Below, in pieces: positions 37,568 to 49,766 of a stretch of 64,000 bases of DNA (its first letter is position 1; every line of letters begins with the position of its first letter). This DNA is from Bilabrum cf. latius (taxonomy: Eukaryota). The notes under the pieces were generated by a model. That model ran no database searches. It had not been told where the DNA came from and worked only from the letters and a program-made list of their open reading frames with translations. The stretch spans positions 310,001-374,000 of the forward strand of contig OZ237760.1 in the NCBI GenBank assembly GCA_965178125.1. The letters run 5' to 3'. The translations under genes and the position numbers were made by a program.

Positions 37568-40500
37568 ATGAGCAAGAGGTTGGCATTGTGCTCATCCAGA
37601 CTACGCAGCCAAATGCATCTATTCAAATCGATGGTGCGCCTACCACGGTCTGTAGGTGCCTTGACGAAGGCCAGTTGGAACATGCTACGTGTGAGCCACT
37701 CATTTCGATTCGATTCGCTCGTTTGCGGCACCCGAGACGAAGCCGTTGACCATCTGAACCCGTTTTAAGACTGATCTGTATTTTGCGTTATCCACGTTCC
37801 CACTGCAGGGCGGCAACAATCTGAGCGTCTGTTCACTTCCTCGAGGTGGCTCTGCTTAGCGCTGGTCAACAGCGGGGCTGATCATGTGCCATCCTAGGCA
37901 GACTAAGTTGATATGGAGACCAGGGCAGTCGCTGGCACAAGCGAGACTTCTTTCAGGGGAACCTGATAGCCATAAGGATGTGCCTTCCCTCCAGTTCGTG
38001 TGGAAACAGAAGATGAACGCTGATGCTATGGTGGTTTCATGGCAGCCGCTTTCCAAATCGACCCCGCTCAGCGCAACCATTAGGCGTGTACAGGTGATCC
38101 AGCAAGCCCAGCAGGATGGAATAGTCATGGCCAAAGCCTTGGACGCCGGTACAGTCAAGCAACTTGAATCAATCTCGAAGGACTCACCAACATCGAGCAT
38201 CGGCGCGAAGCTGGAGCTTCCGAGGACCTAGCTTGAATCCGCAGAGCGCCTTCACGAGGTGGGGCTGCTTTCGGAGCTTGGGTCCGATGTCGTCCTGGAG
38301 TATCTCAGGAGCGACAAGGCGCAGGCAGACCTGGACAGCTTCAACGTGCAGGCCCAGGAAAGGATGTCGGAGGAAGAGATGCGGATACATGAGCTCAACA
38401 AAGACCTAGAGCTGATGGGATTGCCCCACTCCGACTACCTCTACAAAGCCAAAAAAGTGGTGGTTCCCGACATTGAGAAATTCGTCACTGATCTCAGTGA
38501 GCTTGCGGAGAAGCAGCGTTTTGAGATACCGCCGCCGTTCAAGGGCGCGACTCTGCTCGATGCCGTCCGAGAGCGCACATAGCGAGTTGTGGACGCGACC
38601 GAATCGTGGATGGCCGATGCCGTGCTGGATTGTCTTCGGTTGATCGGAGACGCAGTCGTCCACGTGCATGCTTCCACCGGACGAAGCTTGGATATGATCG
38701 CCGAGACCTACGTCTTGCCAATTGTGGACTCCGGGTTCAGGACGCAAAGGGAAAGGCTCCTGCATCGACTTCTCTACGAAGCGTTCAAGTCGAGGCTGAA
38801 TATTACCCGTGGTGGGGTTGTGCTGGGATATGAAGGCTTTGGCAAGTCTCAGCTGGTGCGCCAGCTGGTGCTTGGCAAGGAGCTGTGGCAGTGGACCACA
38901 GACAACCGCAAAGGCCATGTCGGGATGTATGTCCATAACCCGAACGAATTGGACGATGCGCTTCGATTGGGATGCCCCCCGGCACTCCTGGCTGCAGGTC
39001 TGTGCAACGCGGGAGTGATTGAACGCGAGAAAGCACCAGCCTGGACGGAGTCTGGCGAGTCGGGATTGGATTCTTTTGACGCAGCGGGATGGGTGTATAA
39101 AAACGATGTTGATGCCCTGCTGGTGATCGACGAGGCGCAGCAGGCGAAGGTAGATCCTGCTGGTGAGGCAGTGACCAAGGCATTGATCGCGCGGTCGAGG
39201 AAGTTCTGGGACTCCCTTGATGCATGCTGTCAGAATCCGCACTTTCCGATGACGGTGATCACGGGCACAGGGTCAGAGGTAGCGTACTTGGTGTATGATC
39301 GGCCTCGAGGCGTGAAATGGAAGATGCAGAAGGACAAGTTCCACATGCACTGGCTCGACTACGAGTACTCTGAGGTGGAGATTTGCCTCATGCTGACCCG
39401 GCAGGGTAAGATGACACAGCTGCCCAAGGATGGCATGCGCTGGACACCGTCGTACTCTCCGGACGATAGGCCGCTCGATATTGAGTCACTGACGGCCATG
39501 GTGGACCAGGTTCATCTAGAGGACGTGACTTTGGCCCTTGCGTTGGCTGTTGCGAGAGCTTCTGGATGCGACCCCGCGTCAGACCCGAAGTCAAGCAGTG
39601 CAGAGCCAGTAGTGGATAGCCACTGGATTGAGACGGGGCAGGTGGTGCATCCCAGGCTCGAGCACGTAGTGGAGGGAATCCAGGCCGATGCCAGGGGGGA
39701 CCTCGAGGCGTGGCAACAAATCAAGGTCAAGCCCGATCGGCTGACCTTGCAGGCTGCCACTGAGGCGCTGAAAGACGAACGGGTGCTGCATGCAGCCTAT
39801 GCATCACGATCCAAGATCCTGCGACGTGTGTGGCAGACCGGCATGACAGCCCGCAGCTTGAGCGGGATTAATGCGGAAGACCAGCAGATGAACAAGAAAC
39901 TGCGAGTCTGGTACGAGTCCATGGCTAGGGACACTGACGGGTTCCAGCAGATCATGCTAGCGCTCCTAGAATGTATGCGCGACGAGGACTCGGACTGGCA
40001 GCGTGATGCTTTCGCTAACCCTCTCAAGCCACCAAAACCTGTCGCGGTTGAGGCGCTGGTAGAGAAGTTCGAGCTTATGCACCCTGACGTCAAAGTTGAG
40101 GATACTGATCAGTTCGAAGAAAAGCTTAGCGAGTGGAGGCTTAAGCAGCTTGTGGCCTACCGGGCGGCATCGGAGCAAGCTGGCTTTGAAGACGAAAACC
40201 TGCCTGCTACAGTCGGTTTCATGAGCAGTATGTTTGCTTTCCTGGCGTTGCGGTGGAGCCTGACGCGGGGTCTGTTCGTGACGAGGCGGGAGTTCTGGGC
40301 GATCCACAAGCAGACGGGCGACCTCGGTAAAGACTACGAGCTAGTGGTGGCCGAGTCTTTGCACCGCAACTTCGTGTCCAAGGTGCTGGCCAGGGAGCTC
40401 ATGCCGTCTGTCCCTCGGTACCTGTGGGAGAAAGAGGACGGTGCTCTAAAGGAGGATCTTGTGAAACACGACAGGACGCAGGTGTTTGAAAGCGGGAAAA

Positions 40501-41333
40501 TCTCGATCCAGCTGACTCAGACCAATTGGGGCTAGAACCCGAGCAGGGAGGAGCTCCTCGGTCGAGTGCTGAAGGAGGTGCCTGACAAATATGGAGGAGA
40601 TCTGGTGGTGATCCTCGAAGATACATAGGAGCGGGATCCGCAGAAGTACCACTTGATTCGGATCCAGGTCAAGGCAGGCAGTGTCGACAGCAAAATCGAG
40701 CCGCGGGGATTGAACGGTTTCTTGTCTCGCGAGAAGGCGCAGACTGTCCTGCAGCTGTACGCCGGAGCCCTTGGTGTGCGACCTGACCAGGTTGTCATGC
40801 ATAGGTTGCTGGTGACTCCGAAAGAGCTGGTACCCAGTATTACTGATCTGTTTCCCAAGCGTAATCGCAGCGAAGACCGTGAGATGGAATCAGGCATTGC
40901 AGAGCCGAGTACCTCTGAGCCTATCGGGGCCGATGACCAAGGCAAGGCAGAGTCGGACATGGATGGTACCTACGACAGGTCGAACCTCTTCTACCTCGAT
41001 CACAACGACTACCACGAGTTTCTGTTCGCGGATGCGCGGTTGCTCTCTGCGAGGATCTGGGCCAACTCTGCGAGCAAGTTCGAGGAGAGGCAGCGGCGGA
41101 GGAAGCTAGCAGAAGAGCTCGCCAATAGCTTGAGACGCTTAGGCTTGTTGAACGATTCGCGCAAGGTCAAGGCGGGCGAGCCTTCCAACATGGAGAATTG
41201 GTCGGAGCAATTCGGAATGGATGGCACGTCTAAGGACCTTGGTAGAGGCCGTGGCCGAGGCCGAGGCAAGGGGAAGGGCCGAGGCAAGGGAAAGGACCTG
41301 AGCGAGGCCCGCGCGGCCAGCTCGGAAGATTGA
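37568..41333 (+). CDS. P-loop NTPase + PD-(D/E)xK nuclease protein (Crinkler/RHS-like), copy 1, ~1,215 aa, with mitochondrial-presequence-like N-terminus
   Basis: Exon 37568-37690, GT-AG intron 37691-37808, exon 37809-41333 with TAGs at 37857, 38229, 38580, 40533 and 40626. Walker A GYEGFGKS, Walker B LLVIDEAQ, nuclease GKDYE...GGDLVV...IQVK; TGA stop. Confidence 0.75.
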
Positions 41334-41633
41334 TTGGTAGGATCCTGGGAGATCCATGTTGGTGATGCCAGCAAGGTCTCTGAGATTGAGGTCGCTCGGT
41401 GGGCGCAGGACCCGCTCGAGGTGCAGGCCCAGATGCGACGAAGTGATGCGGAGGAGAGAAAATAGAATATGTTTGAGTCAAAGCACACACCACCCAATTG
41501 CAACGACCACCCGAGGGGGTAATCGCACTGGGTAGGTCGAACGGACCAGCAATCTCACGCCATGGGCTCCGCAAGCTGGACTCCATGGGGGAGTTGCGCT
41601 GCTTGCGGTCCATCCGCGTTCGCGATCAGGAGC

Positions 41634-41669
41634 GAGAGAGAGAGAGAGAGAGAAGGACAGAGAGAGAGA
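41634..41669. repeat. (GA)n microsatellite
   Basis: Directly visible. Confidence 0.9.
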
Positions 41670-41717
41670 AAGGCCGCAAGCGCCGCGCATCAGGCTCTGG
41701 TCCAGCTACCGCACCAA

Positions 41718-41950
41718 GCCTGTTGCAGCAGCTGTTCCGGTTCCGTCTCCAGTTGGCGCCGCAGCGGAACCATGGGCCGGCGGGCGGCGGCAGTACCTGA
41801 GCCAAACTTTTCGGCTCGGGCACGGGACAACTCCACCCAAGCCGACTATTTTTGTATTTGAACTGGGTTTGCCGCGATTTCAGCGATCACAGGGGCTGCG
41901 CTCCCCCCTCAGGGGGGGGCTGAAAGAGACTAAACGCTTGGTGCAGAATT
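41718..41950 (+). repeat. ~233-bp direct repeat, copy 2
   Basis: Near-identical to 37324-37555. Confidence 0.95.
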
Positions 41951-42972
41951 CCGCAACTAGACACCCCCGTCGACAGGCAACGTGTTGCACTCGGCTGGAT
42001 CCAATCGAGGCTAGCTGCAGACCTCACTCAGGACTCATGACGAACTCGGAATCAAGGGGTCCCGGATTGCTCTGGCATTGAAACACACTAGAACGATTTC
42101 GGTAGGCTGGCCGAAGCGCATCAATCTAACAAATCCTTCCAGTACCTGCACGATGCACCCATTCACGCGGTCTCCTCCTTGGTCTCCGCCACCCCAGACC
42201 CGGCCGCCAACTTGGCTCCACGCTCCTCCTCCTCCGCTGCAGCACCCGCTGTCTCCTTCACTACGCTACCCCCAAGCACCACCCGACCGGCAGACCCGCC
42301 CGCAGCACCGCTCTCCCGCACGACACCGCCAGCTCCCACCGCCAGCCCCCCTCGCTGCTCCCTGGCGAGCGCATCCTGAAGCACCCGTTCCGCCTCGGCC
42401 ACCGAGGGAATCTCCTTCTGAATACCAGTCAGGTCGTGGAAATCGCGCCCCGCGATCGTCGGGGCCACAAACCCGGATCGGATCACCCAGTCCCCGAAGG
42501 ACTCGAACTCCTGGGCCTGGCCCCGCCGGAGCAGAGGACCGCCGGCCTTGGCGTCGTCGGGCACACGCAGGCGGAGCAGCCCATCGGGACCCTCGCTCGC
42601 CAGCGGAACCGGCGCCGCGCCAGCAGAGGACTCATACCCCAGCGACAAACCCCCGGATGCGGACCCGCCGGCAGTGCCCAGGCCCTTGCCCTGCTGCCCT
42701 CCCTCCTCGAGCGCCAGCCCGCGGGTGGCCGCCGACTTGGCGGGTCGCCTGGTGGCCCTGTACAGCCGCAGCAGAGAGGCTAGCGTCCTGACGATCTCGT
42801 CCTCGTCGGCGCCCTCCAGGACGAGTTTGGCCACCCGGGTGCCGTCGTGCGCGCCCCCGAGGAACACGTTGTACAGCCCGGGGGCCTTGCCCACCAGTGC
42901 GATCTCGGCCACGTAGGGCCTACAGCACCCATTGGGGCAACCCGACGATCGGATCACGATGTCCGTGTCTCG
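41951..42972 (-). pseudogene. Duplicated 3' fragment of the sulfite reductase gene and its 3' flank
   Basis: Matches 47670-48693. Keeps SGCPNGC but lacks all upstream domains, including the first siroheme/Fe-S Cys pair. Confidence 0.9.
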
Positions 42973-43735
42973 CCAAGGGGTTTCTGCTACCTTGGCCATT
43001 CCTTTTCACTTCTTGAGACGCCGTGTTAGCTCCACATTCATATTCAGTTCAAAGTTTGAATAGGGCTCCACCACATCGGGAGGCAATCCATTTGTCCCAC
43101 TAGTTCGCTCGACACTTTCATCAACTCAACAAGGCCGCCTCGATCGCGTACATCTGCGCCAAGCTGCTGCGCGCGATCCTACAACTTCACCGACAGCATA
43201 CTGGCACGCATGAGTGCGTACCTGCTAGTCCTACCTGCATACACCCCTCGGAAAAGCCGAGACAATCGCATAACCGTGAGACCAAGTTTAGAGCCGCTGA
43301 ACTCATGTCTGCCAGGATTCCCCTGAGCGGGACTAAATGTCCATATCAACGCGCATATCCAAATGTCGTATTCCGGTATGCACCAAAACTCAAGCCAAGC
43401 CAAACCTGCCAAGCTATACGATATCTTGGATATATTCTTGATGTTGTACAAGTTCCGTCAGGTGGCGTGCGCGGCGCCTCAGCGCTGTCACGGTGGCACC
43501 CCACAAAATATGATTTCGTGCGCGGATGCTATAGGCTAGCTGAGCTAATGGACTTCAGTAGGGGCAGGATGCTAACGATGCGCCCAGGAATATAGTCAAT
43601 GCGGCGGATCCGGGAGTAGCGCAAGGGCACTTCGCTCAAGCCGACCCGGATACAGGCGCACCAAGGTTTGTTGTGTGTGATTATCTCAATACGATTACTT
43701 CTGCGGACGGATGCCATAGACTAGACTGTTCTACA

Positions 43736-46700
43736 ATGATGAGGACGCTGGCACTGTGCTCGTCCAAACGTCGCAGCCAAATGCATCTATTCAAATCGAT
43801 GGTACGCCTACCACGGTCTGTAGGTGTCGTGACGAAGGCCAGTTGGAACATGCTACGTGTGAGCCACTCATTTCGATTCGATTCGCTCGTTCGCGGCACC
43901 CGAGACGAAGCCTTTGAGAATCTGAACCCGTTTTAAGACTGATCTGTATCTCGCGTTACCCGCTTTCCTCCTGCAGGGCGGCAACAATCTGAGCGTCTGT
44001 TCACTTCCTCGAAGTGGCTCTGCTTAGCGCCGGTCAACAGCAGTGATCATGTACCATCCAAGGCAGACTAAGTTGATATGGAGACCAGGGCAGTCGCTGG
44101 CACAAGCGAGACTTCTTTCAGGGGAACCTGATAGCCATAAGGATGTGCCTTCCCTTCAGTTCGTGTGGAAACAGAAGATGAACGCTGATGCTATGGTGGT
44201 TGCATGGCAGCCGCTTTCCAAATCGACCCCGCTCAGCGCAACCATTAGGCGTGTACAGGTGATTCAGCAAGCCCAGCAGGATGGAATAGTCATGGCTAAT
44301 GCCTTGGACGCCGGTACAGTCAAGCAACTTGAATCAATCTCGAAGGACTCACCAACATCGAGCATCAGGGCGAAGCTGGAGCTTCCGAGGACCTAGCTTG
44401 AATCTGCAGAGCGCCTTCACGAGGTGGGGCTGCTTTCGGAGCTTGGGTCCGATGTCGTCCTGGAGTATCTCAGGAGCGACAAGGCACAGGCAGACCTGGA
44501 CAGCTTCAACGTGCAGGCCACCATGCTTTCCAAAGCAGAACAAGATAGGATGTTGGAGGAGGAGATGCGGATACATGAGCTCAACAAAGACCTAGAGCGG
44601 ATGGGATTGCCCCACTCCGACTACCTCTACAAAGCCAAAAAAGTGGTGGTTCCCGACATTGAGAAATTCGTCACTGATCTCAGTGAGCTTGCGGAGAAGC
44701 AGCATTTTGAGATCCCGCCGCCGTTCAAGGGCGCGACTCTGCTCGATGCCGTCCGAGAGCGCACATAGCGAGTTGTGGACGCGACCGAATCGTGGATGGC
44801 CGATGCCGTGCTGGATTGTCTTCGGTTGATCGGAGACGCAGTCGTCCACGTGCATGCTTCCACCGGACGAAGCTTGGATATGATCGCCGAGACCTACGTC
44901 TTGCCAATTGTGGACTCCGGGTTCAGGACGCAAAGGGAAAGGCTCCTGCATCGACTTCTCTACGAAGCGTTCAAGTCGAGGCTGAACATTACCCGTGGTG
45001 GGGTTGTGCTGGGATATCAAGGCTTTGGCAAGTCTCAGCTGGTGCGCCAGCTGGTGCTTGGCAAGGAGCTGTGGCAGTGGACCACAGACAACCGCAAAGG
45101 CCATGTCGGGATGTATGTCCATAACCCGAACGAATTGGACGATGCGCTTCGATTGGGATGCCCCCCGGCACTCCTGGCTGCAGGTCTGTGCAACGCGGGA
45201 GTGATTGAACGCGAGAAAGCACCAGCCTGGACGAAGTCTGGCGAGTCGGGATTGGATTCTTTTGACGTAGCGGGATGGGTGTATAAAAACGATGTTGATG
45301 CCCTGCTGGTGATCGACGAGGCGCAGCAGGCGAAGGTAGATCCTGCTGGTGAGGCAGTGACCAAGGCATTGATCGCGCGGTCGAGGAAGTTCTGGGACTC
45401 CCTTGATGCATGCTGTCAGAATCCGCACTTTCCGATGACGGTGATCACGGGCACAGGGTCAGAGGTAGCGTACTTGGTGTATGATCGGCCTCGAGGCGTG
45501 AAATGGAAGATGCAGAAGGACAAGTTCCACATGCACTGGCTCGACTACGAGTACTCTGAGGTGGAGATTTGCCTCATGCTGACCCGGCAGGGTAAGATGA
45601 CACAGCTGCCCAAGGATGGCATGCGCTGGACACCGTCGTACTCTCCGGACGATAGGCCGCTCGATATTGAGTCACTGACGGCCATTGTGGACCAGGTTTA
45701 TCTAGAGGACGTGACTTTGGCCCTTGCGTTGGCTGTTGCGAGAGCTTCTGGATGCGACCCCGCGTCAGACTCGAAGTCAAGCAGCGCAGAGCCAGTAGTG
45801 GATAGCCACTGGATTGAGACGGGGCAGGTGGTGCATCCCAGGCTCGAGCACGTAGTGGAGGGAATCCAGGCCGATGCCAGGGGGGACCTCGAGGCGTGGC
45901 AGCAAATCAAGGTCAAGCCCGATCGGCTGACCTTGCAGGCTGCCACTGAGGCGCTGAAAGACGAACGGGTGCTGCATGCAGCCTATGCATCACGATCCAA
46001 GATCCTGCGACGTGTATGGCAGACCGGCATGACAGCCCGCAGCTTGAGCGGGATTAATGCGGAAGACCAGCAGATGAACAAGAAACTGCGAGTCTGGTAT
46101 GAGTCCATGGCTAGGGACACTGACGGGTTCCAGCAGATCATGCTAGCGCTCCTAGAATGTATGCGCGACGAGGACTCGGACTGGCAGCGTGATGCTTTCG
46201 CTAACCCTCTCAAGCCACCAAAACCTGTCGCGGTTGAGGCGCTGGTAGAGAAGTTCGAGCTTATGCACCCTGACGTCAAAGTTGAGGATACTGACCAGTT
46301 CGAACAAAAGCTTAGCGAGTGGAGGCTAAAGCAGCTTGTGGCCTACCGGGCGGCATCGGAGCAAGCTGGCTTTGAAGGCAGAAACCTGCCTGCTACAGTC
46401 GGTTTCATGAGCAGTATGTTTGCTTTCCTGGCGTTGCGGTGGAGCCTGACGCAAGGTCTGTTCGTGACGAGGCGGGAGTTCTGGGCGATCCACAAGCAGA
46501 CGGGCGACCTTGGTAAAGACTACGAGCTAGTGGTGGCCGAGTCTTTGCACCGCAACTTCGTGTCCAAGGTGCTGGCCAAGGAGCTCATGCCGTCTGTCCC
46601 TCGGTACCTATGGGAGAAAGAGGACGGTGCTTTAAAGGAGGATCTTGTGAAACACGACAGGACGCAGGTGTTTGAAAGCGGGAAAATCTCGATCCAGCTG

Positions 46701-47519
46701 ACTCAGACCAATTGGGGCTAGAACCCGAGCAGGGAGGAGCTCCTCGGTCGAGTGCTGAAGGAGGCGCCTGACAAATATGGAGGAGATCTGGTGGTGATCC
46801 TCGAAGATACATAGGAGCGGGATCCGCAGAAGTACCACTTGATTCGGATGCAGGTCAAGGCGGGCGGTGTCGACAGCAAAATCGAGCCGCGGGGATTGAA
46901 CGGTTTCTTGTCTCGCGATAAGGTGCAGACTGTCCTGCAGCTGTACGCCGGAGCCCTTGGTGTGCGACCTGACCAGGTTGTCATGCATAGACTGCTGGTG
47001 ACTCCGAAAGAGCTGGAACCCAGTATAACTGATCTGTTTCCCAAGCGTAATCGCAGCGAAGACCGTGAGATGGATTCAGGCATTGCAGAGCCGAGCACCT
47101 CTGAGCCTGTCGGGGCCGATGACCAAGGCAAGGCAGAGTCGGACATGGATGGTACCTACGACAGGTCGAACCTCTTCTACCTCGATCACAACGACTACCA
47201 CGAGTTTCTGTTCGCGGATGCGCGGTTGCTCTCTGCGAGGATCTGGGCCAACTCTGCGAGCAAGTTCGAGGAGAGGCAGCGGCGGAGGAAGCTAGCAGAA
47301 GAGCTCGCCAATAGCTTGAGACGCTTAGGCTTGTTGAACGATTCGCGCAAGGTCAAAGCGGGCGAGCCTTCCAACATGGAGAATTGGTCGGAGCAATTCG
47401 CAATAGATGGCACGTCTGAGGACCTTGGTAAAGGCCGAGGCCGAGGCCTAGGCAAGGGAAAGGGCCGAGGCAAGGGAAAAGACCTGAGCGAGGCCCGCGC
47501 GGCCAGCTCGGAAGATTGA
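43736..47519 (+). CDS. P-loop NTPase + PD-(D/E)xK nuclease protein, copy 2, ~1,221 aa
   Basis: Exon 43736-43858, intron 43859-43976, exon 43977-47519. Same TAG positions as copy 1; differences are substitutions plus in-frame 3-nt and 21-nt indels. Confidence 0.75.
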
Positions 47520-47883
47520 TTGGTAGGATCCTGGGAGATCCATACGGATAGTTGATGGAAATGACGGAGTACGTAGTCTACTGGCTCGAGCGGCTTCTAC
47601 CAGGATCCAACACCTGTAGGATAAATCAAGCCCGAGAATCCTAAGGATCCGGATGGATCGGATCAGATCCCGCAACTAGACACCCCCGTCGACAGGCAAC
47701 GTGTTGCACTCGGCTGGATCGAGGCTTGCTGCAGACCTCACTCGGGACTCCTGACGAACCCGGAATCCAAGATCTAGGGGCCCCGGATTGCTCTGGCATT
47801 GAAACACACTAGAACGATTTCGGTAGGCTGGCCGAAGCGCATCAATCAAACAAATCCTCCCAGTGCCTGTACGTTGCACCCAT

Positions 47884-49734
47884 TCACGCGGTCTCCTCCT
47901 TGGTCTCCGCCACCCCAGACCCGGCCGCCAACTTGGCTCCACGCTCTTCCTCCTCCGCTGCAGCACCCGCCGTCTCCTTCACTACGCTACCCCCGAGCAC
48001 CAACCGACCAGCAGACCCGCCCGCAGCACCGCTCTCCTGCACGACACCGCCAGCTCCCACCGCCAGCCCCCCTCGCTGCTCCCTGGCGAGCGCCTCCTGA
48101 AGCACCCGTTCCGCCTCGGCCACCGAGGGAATCTCCTTCTGAAGACCAGTCAAGTCGTGGAAATCGCGCCCCGCGATCGTCGGGGCCACAAACCCGGATC
48201 GGATCACCCAGTCCCCGAAGGACTCGAACTCCTGGGCCTGGCCCCGCCGGAGCAGAGGACCGCCGGCCTTGGCGTCGTCGGGCACACGCAGGCGGAGCAG
48301 CCCATCGGGACCCTCGCTCGCCAGCGGAACCGGCGCCGCGCCAGCAGAGGACTCATACCCCAGCGACAACCCCCCGGCTGCGGACCCGCCGGCCGTGCCC
48401 AGGCCCTTGCCCTGCTGCCCTCCCTCCTCGAGCGCCAGCCCGCGGGTGGCCGCCGACTTGGCGGGTCGCCTGGTGGCCCTGTACAGCCGCAGCAGAGAGG
48501 CTAGCGTCCTGACGATCTCGTCCTCGTCGGCGCCCTCCAGGACGAGTTTGGCCACCCGGGTGCCGTCGTGCGCGCCCCCGAGGAACACGTTGTACAGCCC
48601 GGGGGCCTTGCCCACCAGTGCGATCTCGGCCACGTATGGCCTGGAGCACCCATTGGGGCACCCCGACGATCGGATCACGATGTCCGTGTCTCGAAGCCCC
48701 GCTGGATCCACGGCCTCTTTTTCGATCCTAGAAATAAGCGCGGGCAAGTATCGCTCCGACTCGGCCATGGCCAAACCACAGGTGGGCAAAGCCACGCAGG
48801 CGATGGAGCTGAGCCTGAGTCCGGAGAGGCGGGTCTGACCAGTCCCCTGCCGGTGATGCAGGTCTTTGGCCACCTAAGATCCAAACCGTTGAGCCCCATC
48901 AGGATCCAGAGCGAAATCGGGGTTGATAGCGCCACCATCCAGAGCCCCCGCCACGGCCGGCGCCTGGTCTCGCAGGGCCCACCGGAGCAGCGCGTGGCTC
49001 GGCTGTTCCCTGGCCGCACGCAGGCCCATCTCTACGATCTCAGGGGGCAGCTGCACGCCTGCCAACCGCATGCCGTGTGCCTCGAGGAGTCTCTGCACCG
49101 CCAGCGCGTTCTGAGGCTGCACGCTTCCCACCACCACGTTCTGGTTAGCCGTCAGCCTGAAGTCACCGTCGTGCACCTCCGCCAGCTTACGGAGTGCGGA
49201 CCTCATGGCGTGGCCTGGATCATCGCGAACCCTCCCGTTCTGCACCCACAGCAGGGCGTGGAACAGACCGTCCGTGCCTGCCCTCCAGCCGTACTGGTCC
49301 GTGGTTGAATCGAACTCCACGGCTCGCGGCGCCTGCAGCCTCCGACCCAGGCGACGCTCTACCTCCCCGCGGAACCAGGCAAGCCCCCTGTCGTCGATCG
49401 TGTACTTCATCCTGGCGTGCTTTCGGTTTACCCTGTCCCCGAAGTCCCTCTGCACGGTCACGATCGCCTCCGCAAGCTCGTTGACCTCCTCTGGCCTGCA
49501 GAAGCAGAGGGCCTCGGCGAGGCGTGGGAAGGTGGCCTTGTTCCCGTGGGTGGCGCCCATGCCCCCGCCCACCGTCACGGTGAAGCCAACCAGCCGCTCC
49601 CTGTGCGTGGGCTGCCTGGCGTACCTGACCCCTGCCTCCTCGTCCAGCCCCTTCTTGCTCTCGTCAACCCCTTCCTCCGATTGTTCCCCCTCCTCCTCCT
49701 CCTCGCCGTCGTCGCTCTTGCCCTCGATCACCGC

Positions 49735-49766
<32 letters not shown>

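Noticed and set aside
37543-37749. Alternative first exon frame LFNNEQEVGIVLIQ for the NTPase-nuclease gene
   Set aside because: Splice phase does not join the main frame; the ATG-37568 frame joins in phase 0 in both copies.
37324-41950. Canonical LTR retrotransposon
   Set aside because: No gag, RT or integrase, no PBS/PPT or TSD; repeat identity extends beyond the internal TG..CA.
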